64,000 nucleotides of DNA from Lingula anatina (taxonomy: Eukaryota > Animalia > Brachiopoda). The stretch is from assembly GCA_051362555.1 (NCBI GenBank), contig CM120646.1:9920001-9984000 (forward strand), written 5' to 3'. Position 1 is the first letter of the stretch, and every line of letters begins with the position of its first letter. The notes beneath the pieces are model-generated. The model made no database searches, had not been told where the DNA came from, and saw nothing but the letters and a program-made list of their open reading frames with translations. This document shows positions 39,573 to 52,900 of the stretch, one piece after another. The position numbers and the translations under genes were made by a program.

Positions 39573-39860
39573 CAGTGGCGGATTTAGGGGCGGTGTCAGG
39601 GGGGTCTCCCCCCCCCCCACCCCCCATTCGATTTTTGAAAAACAAATCACACCAATATTCCCCTCTTGAAATTAGAATTTTGACTAGCTAAATCAGTTCT
39701 AAACCGTTCCAAAGGGCACTGTTTGCTCTCCAAAACACCATTTTTGTCGGGGCCGTTGAGCACGCCCCAAACCCCACACCAAAGGGGCGATGGTCGGCTT
39801 CGCATCCGAAGCCTGTCGTTCCGGACCCCCCCCCCTTCTAATAATCCTGGATCCGCCCTG
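39573..39860. mobile_element. MITE-like element with cagtggcggat...atccgccctg ends; 3' fragment also at ~42770-42836
   Basis: Short imperfect TIRs, poly-C tracts, shared aataatcctggatccgcc. Confidence 0.55.
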
Positions 39861-42800
39861 CCCTCGCCCCTTCACCTAACCCCAGCAGCTGAAGTCGCAA
39901 AAACAACTGCATTGTGATGGCGTTTTGAACTATTTTATCCACGCTTTACTGCGGTAAAATAAACTAACAAAATAGTTACAAGAGCGAAGTAGCGGTTTGT
40001 TTGTTAAATAGGATAGTAATATTTTTGTTTACAGTTATATTTTTGTTTCCCATTATCCACTTATTATCACAGGTCCTTGCTAACATTTAGCCTCGCAAAA
40101 ATTAAACCACTTACTTCAACCACAACACGAATCTCACCTTTATGAGGATGGATTATTATCGTTTTATTTATTTATTTATTTAGTTTGCAGAAAGTAGATT
40201 TCGACAGTAAAAGAATCTACCAATATTCCACACATAATGCAAATACTTTTATTCTTCCTTCTTCGACGCACATACTGGGGCACATAGTTAAACTAATTTT
40301 GAAATGACCCAGAATAACGTCAAATTTCATATTTCTTTACTTGAATCTGTTTAAATTGGTTTCTTTTGCTAAATTCTTCTTTTTACAAAATAGTTCGTAA
40401 TCTAGAGTGTCGCATTAGACACAATGAAGGGTTCAGGAAGAGAACTAGTTTTGGAAACATGTTGTATATATTCTCTTGAAATATTTTGCAAGTTAATTAC
40501 TAACTCATATTTAGCGCTCTCTTTCGGCGTACTCACTGTTTCACAGCGAGAGAAATCACAGTGCGTGATGATTGACGTTTGTTTATATAACCTGCCAATC
40601 AAGCTGTTAGAACTTGACAGCAACTATCAAAACTAACTGAACTTGATTGGCACCTTGTCAATCAAAGGGTGTAGGAAGCTTGAACTAAACGTTTTCGACG
40701 ACTATAGTGATCCACTGTAAATTGACGTTTGTTTATGTAACCTGCCAATCAAGCTGTTATTACTTGACAGCAACTATCAAAACTAATGGATTTGATTGGC
40801 ATCTTGTCAATCAGCGGATATTGGAGTTTTACATGTTCGGAGAGAAGAGTGTAGTAATTGTGTTTGACGTTTGTTTAAAAAACTGTCATTCATAGTCGTG
40901 TGCGCTTGAAGCTTCCATCAAAGTTGAATTAGCCTGTTTGAATGCGATTCATACCTGTCTATAACAATACATGTCTTAACATTCTGGAGGCCTTTTTTTG
41001 CAGCGCGTTAAAAAACGTCGGGTTTTTTATTTCAACCGAGAGACTGAAATTTAACCACGTGAAAGAGCCCCGGGTTCTTTCACAGGCGTTTTTAATTGTA
41101 CTAAAAATCAGTTGTTATTCTTTTTCTGGATATGCTGTAAAATGACTAAACATGAATTAACGTTGATGTTGATGTTTGTTGCTCCATAATCCTTTCTTTG
41201 GTGTTCGTACGAAATCGGAACTTCGTATACGAACTGAACATATTACTTTAATCATGCTCATGAATATTTTTGGATCATTTTTAAAAAACGAATGGTATAA
41301 AAAGTAAAACCTTGTCATTTTTTTCATGAGCTATGAAGAGAAAAATGCTGAGATAATAATGTTAGTGGCCAGGTAAATTAAAAAGTGCTGCTTTTATAAA
41401 GGGCCGGGGCACTTAGTAGCCCGTCGCTGTATATTGGCAGGAGAGTGCGTGAAAACTGTTATTTTTAAATAAACTACAAAATTAAAACTGCCAAATTAAA
41501 ACGGAAAACAATTTTATGTAATGCGTTAACAATCTTTCGAGCTATAACCTGCGATATATTGTTAGTACTTCATAAGTATTAAAAAAAACTCCAGATTTCA
41601 ATAACGTGTGAAAATTAATAAACTAATAGTGGAATAAGTCGGACTGGTTTAATCAAGGACTTGAAATTCTTGGTTTAATTTATTGAAGTTGTTCGTTCAA
41701 TATTTTATACTGTATTTCATCAGATTGGTAAAAAATTACATTTTCATTACATATACAATGGATGCTACGCCGTATAAGAATTAATATTTGATCGAATATT
41801 TACTTGAAAACATACTTTTTTTACCTAAATTATTTTATTCTATTTATAAGTAAAAAGAAAATTAATTCAGCATTAACAACAGCATCTTTGCTTTGCCTCA
41901 TCTAGCACATTCTATGAATTTTTTGTCCGAAGGCGCATATTATAATATAATAGATTTCCTGGCATGCTTTTTGCAGTTAATATTCTACGTGCAGTATATT
42001 AATGTTTCCTACCGCAAGTGACATTAAAATGAAGCTTTTTTATCTCGGTAATTTTTTTCAACTAATCTATCATAGAGAAACATCTTTAACTTGTTTCTAT
42101 AACCCAGATTAGGTAAAATCTTCCGTAGCTTTGAGCTCAGGTCGAGAAAAGTCGGTTTGTCAGCAGATAAGTCAAATGGGGTTCAAACAGAGGAACCGGG
42201 GGCGAGTCTTGACATTCTTATCTTTTAGTACGTAAACAAAAGAGGTGCACTCAAAAAATTGTGTACGAGGCAATTTCATATCTTGGCTTCCTTTGTCCCA
42301 AATTTTTAGAAATACCCACAGATACTGAGCTTACTTAAGCCCCGATTTAAGGGTCATTCACAAGTAAACTCAGTACCGAAATGCCGTATAGTTCCATTCT
42401 TATTGTTCAGCCTCTCTCTCTCTCTGTCTCTCTCTCTTCATTTATTTTAATCTATTTTAAATTCTATATACGTAAGAATGATTCACAATTTACTCGATGG
42501 GGAAACAGAAATTGACACAGGGTTGAAATAAAAAGTCGTTCCATTTTCTGTTGAATTGGGTCTTTTAATGGTAGACAGTAAGGCGTCTTCTCACAAACGG
42601 GGCAATTTTAGTAGAGAGCAATACTCCATACTCTGTCTACTACAGAGACTAGTCCCGCCTAGGTTTGTTAATTTTATTCATGCAAGGCAGTCTATCTTCC
42701 ATTTTTAAGACCAATATTTGGTTTATATGACAAAATCACAACATCATTGGCTTATTTCAAAATATATTGGGGGAAGGCATGTCATTCCTAAACCCCCCCC

Positions 42801-43296
42801 CCCCCCCCCCTTCAAATAATCCTGGATCCGCCCCTGCGTGTGGAGGCGGGGAGACCATCAGGAATCAGTGGGATGGGATCGCTTTTGAACTGTGGTAGGC
42901 CATATTTAGTCGGCGGATCAGTAAGTAGGCCTACTCATATCGTCCATTCTGAATGGGGCGAGTGCATTCAGAACAGCATTCACAACGATTTGAGCCAGGC
43001 TTTACAAATCCTGGGGACTAAATATGGCGGACGTACAGGAAAGGAAAACCGCCTAATCTTTTAATATAGTCTCTCCGCCTCTCACACGCCTCCCCACACG
43101 TCGTCCCTGCGGGGTACAGTCATTAAATCTCGGCTCCGTTCGCCATGTGGAAGCTACCTGAGAAAAAGAAATGCATTGGCTCGTAGAGCAGCTATGAATC
43201 GGGATCAAAATCGTGACCCACCCCCCTTCCAGTTCGATTAGGCGTAGGAGACAAGGGAAACATCAGCATCAGAACGAACTGCGCCCTCTGACGAGA

Positions 43297-44232
43297 CCAC
43301 GCTCGGCTGTCACCTTGATTGGATAGTAAACGATTGTCGTAAAATCGCTAAATGATATTAAAACCGGGTGCATAAACTTGAAAACCACCTACAACAACCT
43401 TGGACTACCACATTAATCCAATACAATGCAAAAATAAACTATACAAGTGGTTAAAGCCTTCAAACCGAATGTCGTAAAGTCCCCATATACCTCCATAGAG
43501 ACAATAAAATAGAATGAGCTTGTGAAACAAGAAAAATCCAGTTCCAACATAATAATCGAAATAAAATACTGCCGGGCATCGGAGCCCCCTAAAACTTGGC
43601 ACGCTTACCGCTAATACTGCAGGCTACATCATCCCGTCGCTCGTTTGTAAATTCCGTGCATGGTATACGCACAATCAAACCGTAAAAAACAAATTCTCGG
43701 GGTGTCGTTGGCCAGGTCCACTCTAACCTACCATTACGAAAAAGAAGCCATGCCATTGGACAATGCGACCTCTGCGGTTACGTCATTTCCTGAATTGGAT
43801 TGTTGAGTGGACCTAGCCAACGACACCCCGAGAATTTGTTTTTTACGGTTTGATTGTGCGTATGCCATGCACGGAATTTACAAACGAGCGACGGAATGAT
43901 GTAGCCTGCAGTATTAGCGGTAAGCGTGCCAAGTTTTAGGCCGCTCCGATGCCCGGCAGTATTTTATTTCGATTATTATGTTGGAACTGGATTTTTCTTG
44001 TTTCACAAGCTCATTCTATTTTATTGTCTCTATGGAGGTATATGGGGACTTTACGACATTCGGTTTGAAGGCTTTAACCACTTGTTATAGTTTATTTTTG
44101 CATTGTATTGGATTAATGTGGTAGTCCAAGGTTGTTGTAGGTGGTTTTCAAGTTTATGCACCCGGTTTTAATATCATTTAGCGATTTTACGACAATCGTT
44201 TACTATCCAATCAAGGTGACAGCCGAGCGTGG
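43297..44232. repeat. Large near-perfect inverted repeat (arms 43297-43723 and 43805-44232, ~81-bp spacer)
   Basis: Arms are reverse complements with only about six differences; acgaga directly flanks both ends. Confidence 0.92.
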
Positions 44233-44796
44233 ACGAGACTGCATACGCAAAAATTCTGCCCTCCTCCTCCTCCGTCTACTGGGGCTGGGTATCTCCGTGA
44301 ATATCTCCGTGAATATCTCTGGTGACATTCTCTCCGTAGATAGCCGATTCATTGCTGCTCTACGGGCCAATTCAATTCTTTTTCGTCTCCTTTTTGAAAG
44401 ATAATAGAACAGAAGAGCTTTTTTCCTTCGATCGCCTCTATCCGCCATGCTTTCTTCACCTCGAGATTAATTGATGAGCATGCGCCCTTAATATTTCTCA
44501 TTTAAGACTAAATAAAGACCACAAGTAGATACATGTATTTTGACATAAAATATATATATAATTTTTAATGTAAAAATTTAAGGTTTATTAAATCCGGAAG
44601 TTTAAAACATGATTGCTTTAATTAATGTTGATTACAATGTCTTAGTGGAACCCGCAATGGATTGCTTGCCACATTAAATATGTGAATATGGCATTGCTTC
44701 AGGCCAGATTATCGCAAGCTTTGAATCAAATCCGAATGCAGGCTCATAGCCTATTTAATACCCCAATACAAGTTTCTTTCGCTTTTATCTTTAAAT

Positions 44797-44869
44797 AGCC
44801 AATCACAGAAAATCTTGGGATTAACTCCTTTGAACTAGGTCAATTACCTCAACATCCAAGATGGCCGTG
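44797..44869 (+). promoter_or_regulatory. CCAAT box and YY1-like motif at the ZDHHC start
   Basis: agccaatcac at 44797; caagATGGC overlapping the start codon. Confidence 0.4.
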
Positions 44870-44979
44870 TTTCGGTTAGACCCGTGTGGGATTATTTGCA
44901 TCTTGATCACCTACTCGGCTTTACTGTATGCTGACTATGTGGTGGTGGTTCACATGGTTATACCATCAATGTCTGACAC
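44861..44979 (+). CDS. ZDHHC3: ZDHHC exon 1
   Basis: ATG...GACAC|gtaagt. Confidence 0.88.
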
Positions 44980-47299
44980 GTAAGTAAGGCATATTGTAAT
45001 TAGTTTGAAATTCATGCTTGGGAAGGGGTTTCAGGAAAATTATATGTTCGTCTGTCACTCTGAGTAGTTACCAGTATATAATCAACCGGTTTATGTTTTC
45101 TCTTCGGCATATACGTATTATACTGTCGATGTACAATGCAGATAACAATTTTCAAGTTAAACTGTTTGACCTGTTGTCTTCAAACTTACAGGACTCATGA
45201 CCATGACTTACATACTGGTTGAGTTTGATTTTTAACAAGCCTGATTTTATTTATTTATGCATTATTTATTTGTTTATTTTTGTAAGTTATGCATTTTTTG
45301 AGAAATGGTTAGTCTTCATATCACATCTGTATTTCCACATAAGCAGTAGTAGTGGCGTTTATGCTGTTAAGCATTATGTAGTATTAGGCTCTATTCCCAT
45401 AGATTTTAGATCGATCTATCCCCGCGGGGAGTCTCACTAGATTACTTTCAGATAATCCGACTTAAATGCCCGTCCCGTCTACTACAAGCTGTAAGGGGGT
45501 AATTAACTTTCGTGTCCCCCCAGCTGACAGCTATTTAGTGTGAACCCCCAGGGATTCTTTATTTTATTAATTTTTTTGTTTTGTTTTGTTTACAACTTAA
45601 TAATCCTGCAGTGTCAAAGGTTCAAAGTTTGTATGTTGCTGTTGTCTTAGTCTATACATTCAAGTTAAAACTGATCAAGGTTTTCAGCTCATATATCAGC
45701 TTGAACAAGCTTGTTGTCATTTCAGGTTATGGGGAGCATTTCATGCAGTGATCTTCAACTTGTTCCTGTTTCTTCTGACGGTGTCACATGTGCGTGCAGT
45801 GTTCTCAGACCCGGGGATAGTGCCATTGCCTGAGGCACATCTGGATTTCTCTGACATGCACTCAGGAAATAATAAGAAAAAGTTACTGGAGAAGAAGGTA
45901 GTTGCAGAAAAATAGGTGTGAAAAGGTTTTAAAAAGGAAAAAACTCTTGTTTTACATGTCTCTTTACATACTGAAGTGTGCCAAATTACATTATAAGATT
46001 AATATGTCAGTTGCATTAATATTTGTTAATAACTTTGCTGGAGATAACAAGCAGTAAACCTCAATGTGCCCAATCATACAAGTCCACTGCTACTTTCCAC
46101 AGCTGTGCTGACCTAACTGCCATCTTTCTGTCCACTTGGACAGCGTTATTTTTTGACGAACATGTTTGTTTTGGAGAAATAAAATCAATATGAAATATTT
46201 TCAAACTACCCCGCTGCTCATGATAAAATTGTTGATCACATGGTTGTCTGTCTGTCTGTCTTTGACTGTCTCATGGTTATGTTGTTATGATCGTGCTTGT
46301 TGTTCTTTATTGTAGTTGGTTTGGAAGTACAATGACCATGACGTCATAAAGTTCAACAGAGGAATTACATGCATATACTTAAATTCTGGCCAATTTACCA
46401 CCCAAGAGTTAACTTTATTAGTGACATAAATTATATGAATTTATTTTGTGTGAAAAAATATCTGAACAATTTATTGGAGGTAATTATCAGTGAGATGCTA
46501 AAATTTGTCTTCAAAAAAGCTTGCCAACATACATTACATTTTGGTCAGCATTTTCTTGCTGATCCAAATTTTAGTTTTGTCAAAGGCTTCTTATATATTG
46601 ATGTTTTGCCAAATTTCCAGGAAGGGCAGCCTGCGGGGTGGACTGTATGTCTGAAGTGTGAGACTTACCGACCACCACGAGCTCATCATTGCAGGATTTG
46701 TCAACGTTGTATTAAAAGAATGGATCACCATTGTCCATGGTAATTTTTTTTTTTTTTTTTCAAATTTTAATGGAAGCATGCTTGTTTCTTTGTGTTGATC
46801 AGGTGCCATGTATGTTTCCTAAATCTTATTTTTGAGTCCTGTCAGGTAGGAGAAAGCTCTCTGTTTGAGATATGGCAAGGGTAGCAAACCAGTATCTTGA
46901 ATTCAAACTGTTCTGAAGCAGTAAACTTGTAATATGATACTTACCGTAATTCATACTTATACACCAGACTGAGCTGTAGAAAGTGTACAGAGATAAATAA
47001 TAATAATAATAATAATAATAACAACAATAATAACTACACATTGTAGATCAGTAACACAGATCTACTCATTATCCAACTTTCTCATAGATCTTAGTAGTGT
47101 AAGTTATTATTTGTAAACATCACATGGTTGAGATGTGAAGAATCTATGCAGACATTAGCTACTAGTATAAAGTCTATGAGTTTGAATGCAAAATAACACA
47201 TGCTATATATACTTTTACATTCTCAGGATTAATAATTGTGTTGGGGAGTATAACCAAAAGTTTTTTATCCAGTTTTTAGTATATGTAGGTGAGTGTTGT

Positions 47300-47391
<92 letters not shown>

Positions 47392-49931
47392 GCATGAATA
47401 ATAGACCTTTCACACAAACACATATATACAGTCAGTATTATGTACAGCCATCGTAACAGAATTTATATAATATGTAATCATTGCCTGTACATAAAAGTTT
47501 GCAACAGATCTGTATTATAAAACTATAAGGTATGGTAATTTTGAAATTAACTCAATTTTTGCAGGAATCTCTAGTTGTTATGCTTTATCATTGACCGTTG
47601 GCAGCTGGATAATAGATCCACAAGGAACCAGCCCTAGAACACGACATACAAGAGTGTAAGTGCTAAGAATTTTTAGTGCAATCTTTGTTAAGCCTCTTCA
47701 CATTTCCCCACTCATTGGTGTTCTCCTAAATATTTGTACCATGTCAGTTCAGATAGATCAATTAAGAGAGTTAAGACAAGGCACGCATGTATATAGAGGA
47801 TTACCTTGGTTCTTATCCTCCTTTGCCAAGATCTGGAGCCATGCACATTAAAGCCACACAAATAAGCATTTAAATGCAAAGTGCACAGATTGCTCTTTGT
47901 TGATCTATTGGAGGACAATTTAAACTTTTGATACATAAAATGACAGATAAATGACCTTAATTAATATTGAAAAAATAATTATATTCACCATTCCCTGTCA
48001 AACCTCTGTAGTTAGACATCTTGACACATTTTGAGAAGAGCTCAATTTACAATGCAAGAGTCTCACGATATCTGGAGTTCGAGACTTCCAAATATCATGA
48101 GATCTTTGGCTTTTTCCAAAATTGTTACAAAGTCGTGGCGAGTGTAAGGAAAGGAAGATTAAAGGTGGGTAAATCCAGGGAAAGTGCCTTTTACCCAGGG
48201 ATAATTCGTTAAATATGAATTTTGCTGCCAAAACCCTCTTTTGTGTACCTTTAATTGTTACTGACATTTCTTTATTTTTTAGTGGGGAAATATGAGAAAA
48301 ATGCTTTGGAGGGGGAATATGCAATGGCTTGTGTATTACTGTTCAGATTGATTGATTTTTAACAGAAAGGAAATATTGTCTGGTTTTACTGTGTTTAAGC
48401 TATGGCACATGTAAAATAATGTCCATTTTACAGACAATTGGAAGCAATGTTTGGAAGTTGAATAAAATAAACTGAGGTAAAAGCTGTTTCAATTCTAGTT
48501 AATAGTCTCTTGTGCTTTTCACTTTAGGCTCCACACTGTGCTATTGGTTGTAGAGTGTGTGCTGTTTGGCATCTTTGTAATGGCTATTGGCTGTGATCAG
48601 GTGGGTAACTTTGTAATGACTATTGGCTGTGATCAGGTGGGTAACTTTGTAATGACTATTGGCTGTGATCAGGTGGGTAACTTTGTAATGGCTATTGGCT
48701 GTGATCAGGTGGGTAACTTTGTAATGACTATTGGCTGTGATCAGGTGGGTAACTTTGTAATGGCTATTGGCTGTGATCAGGTGGGTAACTTTGTAATGAC
48801 TATTGGCTGTGATCAGGTGGGTAACTTTGTAATGGCTATTGGCTGTGATCAGGTGGGTAACTTTGTAATGACTATTGGCTGTGATCAGGTGGGTAACTTT
48901 GTAATGACTATTGGCTGTGATCAGGTGGGTAACTTTGTAATGGCTATTGGCTGTGATCAGGTGGGTAACTTTGTAATGGCTATTTTTTTTATGATCTTTT
49001 TTATTGTATCGTAGATGAGGAGGATATGATTATTCCTTATTATATATTTGGGAATGTATTTTTTGCAGTCTTGGTGTTTTAGGTTTCTGTACAATTGCAC
49101 CTTAGTTTTCTGATTTTGAATGAAGCTTTTGTTTTGTTTGGTAAAAATCATTTGTAGGATGACCCAAGTATTATCAACTATAAATGGCCACAGAAGATAT
49201 TATTTTTCTTTTTTCCTTTCTTTTGTCAGATATCTGCTATTTTATCAGATGAAACATTGGTAGAGCAAGTAAAAAAAGAAGGACCAAGGCGTCATCGGCC
49301 CAAAATGGCTTTGTTGGCTGAAGTTTTTGGAAAGGGTATGTATTTCCATGAGATAACATCTATTTCTGTTACATCTAATTGACCAGAGAGATAAACTTAT
49401 TTATTGTGAAGCTGCTCTGGTACTTGGTTCCCAAATCACAGCTGAACATTTAAGTCATGTTTTATGGGCCTCCTAAACTAATGCATTTAAATTTTTTTTA
49501 AAAACAATTTAGATTATTTTATGTGAAGGGTAACCTTACTAAAATCCATGTTAGGTATCTAGCCCACTGTATGCGCTTTTATTTTGTCTGGTCACTGCCT
49601 GTCAGTGTCAATGTTGCCGCTGTCCATTTTTTTTTAATGCAAAACTTGACCATTTAGAATATGACCTTCAACAAATTTTATTTCACAATAAAGCAATGTC
49701 ATAAGATGAGGAAAATTATGCATTACGAGGCAAGCTCTCACTGATAGGCAAGTTCATAACTTTCTCCATATTAAGCCAACTTGCCAATAAGCAGTTTGTG
49801 TTACAGTGAAGTGAAGAGCTCAATAACCTTATTTCTATAATTTTCCAGGTCATCCATTACTGTGGCTGTGCCCCTTCCAGCCATTGTCTGGGGTCTCCAG
49901 CACAGATGCAAACAAACAGTTCATAGTATAG
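44861..49931 (+). CDS. ZDHHC3: DHHC palmitoyltransferase, ZDHHC3/7 (Dnz1-like) family; 8 coding exons
   Basis: [14 protein letters not shown]..., [66 protein letters not shown]; all phases consistent; the symbol is family-level. Confidence 0.9.
45726..45897 (+). CDS. ZDHHC3: ZDHHC exon 2 (TM2, DPG motif)
   Basis: [35 protein letters not shown]. Confidence 0.9.
46621..46739 (+). CDS. ZDHHC3: ZDHHC exon 3 (DHHC cysteine-rich domain)
   Basis: ...MDHHCPW|gtaatt. Confidence 0.93.
47227..47288 (+). CDS. ZDHHC3: ZDHHC exon 4
   Basis: [20 protein letters not shown]. Confidence 0.93.
47303..47387. repeat. (CT)n microsatellite
   Basis: Directly visible. Confidence 0.95.
47565..47655 (+). CDS. ZDHHC3: ZDHHC exon 5
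   Basis: [31 protein letters not shown]. Confidence 0.85.
48528..48600 (+). CDS. ZDHHC3: ZDHHC exon 6 (TM4)
   Basis: [24 protein letters not shown]|gtgggt. Confidence 0.88.
48574..48984 (+). repeat. 36-bp minisatellite (~11.4 units) spanning the exon 6 splice donor
   Basis: Unit tttgtaatgRctattggctgtgatcaggtgggtaac; only the G/A position varies. Confidence 0.95.
49230..49335 (+). CDS. ZDHHC3: ZDHHC exon 7
   Basis: [35 protein letters not shown]. Confidence 0.9.
49849..49931 (+). CDS. ZDHHC3: ZDHHC exon 8 (stop)
   Basis: [27 protein letters not shown]. Confidence 0.85.
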
Positions 49932-52900
49932 CAACAAACTGCTGCTGACTGTTACCCTGTGATAGTTGGTCCTCGTCTCAATGGGTTGTCTCTGCCAGCT
50001 TGAGAAGAAACATTTGGCATTGTGCCAGATGTGCTTTATCACAGTGACACCTCAACCAGCAGAGGAAGGAAATCTTTATATTGGGAAAGTTTGACTTGAA
50101 CTAAGAGAAGTCATTTCAACAGGCTGAATAAGAACTTATCAATTGCTGTCTCACGAAGTATACCCTCTACCAGGGTGGTAGATATTATAGGGAAATCTTG
50201 AAAAATCCACCCTGTGACTTTTGGCCAGATGAAAGCAATTAAATCTGCACACGCTTAGAAGACATTGTACCTGCCCTGTAGGGAGTTACTACAGGAGATT
50301 CCTCAGGTAACTTCAATCTGAAGTAACAAGCTATTCATAAGGGGCTATTTTTATCTGTCACAAAATAGAAAGTGGAATAAAATCAGAGCAATTAACTGTC
50401 TTGATTGCTGTTAAGGGGACTTGGCTTGGATCTGTTAAGTGGCAGTGCCGGAGCAGTTATGCAAACAATTACCAGCCATATAATCATCCTTGAGATTTCA
50501 TCTCAGGGTGGCAGAGAGTGAAATGATTGTCTATTTATCTAAAGACATATCTGTGAATATCTTGTGAAAAATCAATCTGTTCCCCCATTAGAGGGTAGAG
50601 GGTACCATGGTTTTGAAATAATAAGAAACAGTGCATCTTTTCAACCTACAGAACAAACAAAACTGTATTAATTATGCCAATAGTGCAATGTGGTCTTATC
50701 AGGCTGCCTGGAAAAACATTGGACTTTAAAAATTACACTTTGTCTTATTTGGCCAGCAAATGAAAATGTTTTTAAAACAGATTATCTGTAAACACAGAAA
50801 AAGAGTATGAGAAAGCAATCGGTGGCAGTATTTGAGATCATGTGCTGTGCTCTATCAGGAAGAATAAATATTGCGAGGTACTGTTTTTTAAGTTGAAGCA
50901 GCATATAGAGAAATTTTGCAAGTAAAACAAGCAATTGATATCAGTTCGTGATAAAACAATTGTTGATGGAATTCATGCCATGATATTGTATAGACAGCAA
51001 ATATGAGAATATAAACATTGTTAAAGTTTAGGATATGTTTGTCCTTTGAATGGCAGAAAACATTTGAATTAAGTTTGTTGGAAATTATGCTATAATTTTG
51101 AGCTAAATTTATTAAAATGCAGTGGTTATTACATCTAAATTGCACTATTTTATGTTTTCTAGCTGGCTACTGTGAAGACTTGCAAATTGTATAAATGTTA
51201 ATTTATTATTTTAATATTTTTCTACACATAGATTTGAAATATATAAATTTCTGTTGTGTACAACTATTTTATAGAACTGGTTTTGATTATGCATTGCTGT
51301 AATTGGGTCATTTTTAGATTTATACAATAATATATTTGCCACATTTTGTACTTATATTAATTTTCTGCTGAAGTCTTTTGAAATGCCCTTTTTGTACAAA
51401 TAGTTGTGCTTATTTATACCCCTACACAAGAAAAGGGCACTTGAGTTTGCTCCTGTTGAGTTTGCTCCTGGTGCTTTAATTATTTTAGTATGATTGTGTT
51501 GTTAACATGCCGGTTTCAATAAGATTTTTTAAACGTGTCTGAACAAATTTTATCCTGCGAGTACAATTTACATAACATTTGAGATGGGAAAGCGAATTCT
51601 ACTTAGTGTCAGAGGGTTTGCCTTTCTTAATTGAGAAGAATATTGCATATGAGTAAATATTTAAAATTTATTTATTGATCTTTTAATAGAGTAAAAGAGT
51701 TTGGTGACATGGTTGCAGGGTATAAAGGTTATTTATCAATCAAAGGTGAATATATAGCAGTCAAAAGATCTGGCTGATATTATGCTCAATAATAAAAGAT
51801 ATATATATATAATGTGTGCAATATTAAATCAAAGTGAGTTTCAAAATGACTGGCTCTTCTGTTATCTGCTGTATGTTCTGTTTGTATTTATATATGTAAG
51901 AGAGTACTTCCAAATAAACCAACATATTTTGTGATTGTCGCCTTATGTTTGTCTCTCTTCACTTGGTTTATAAATGTCTGTCAAGTATGTATTGAACAAT
52001 TGCAACAAGTAAGAGATAAGACATTCACATCCAGGAGAAATGTAGAGCTACTGGCAGTGTGTGAATGCAGTCCTGTGTGGACTTGGATGACCAAGAATTT
52101 CATGGTAAATTGTATAAGGTAATAAATTGTGATGTTTATTGTTCAAATCACATATTTCTATATGCATGCAAGAATTTAATATTGAAATTTGAACCCATGT
52201 CTTCATTTTGCATGCATTTTCATAGTTAACCAATCGTAAGAATTTAAAAATTGGAATTTTCAAAATCCGCCACTATTTTTGATTTATAATAGTCCCCTAA
52301 GGGGGATACAGCTTTTGAAACAATAAATACATGTATATACATTTGTACATATATAAATATATTAGTTGTATTATTTAGTATAAAAAAAGGCACACACAGA
52401 AAAAACAAGTCGAATATAGAACAAAATTAGCTAGGGTTGCTTCTGAAATTTGGTAATGTAATATCCTTCGCAGGATAATACTGCCAGTATTTCAGAAAAT
52501 GCCCACAACTTTTAAGCATACAGCAGATAAGAAATATTAACTGTGAACTAGATATATATATAGAATTCAACTATAAATGAGATTATGTGTCAACATGATT
52601 GAGAGCCCCATCGCATATTTTTGTTACCCTTGAAAGACACTTACATCCCGAGATGTGTGGTCCATGTTATTTAACCTCCTTGAAGAACCCTGCTGTTTCC
52701 GTGACTCGTGAATGCAACTTATTTTATTCTTCGTCATTCGTGAAACGAGGTCATTATCCTCTGAAATTCGTAATTTTCTACTCGCATTTCCTGCATTTTC
52801 AATAAGATATGAATAAAATAAAATTAAACGTTTCATTCGTCCACGATTTGTCACAACTTACAGTGACTACAGTGTAGTGTTTTAAACATGTATATCTCTA

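Noticed and set aside
48574-48984. CRISPR-like 36-bp repeats
   Set aside because: Units are contiguous with no unique spacers, no cas genes, and lie at a eukaryotic exon-intron boundary
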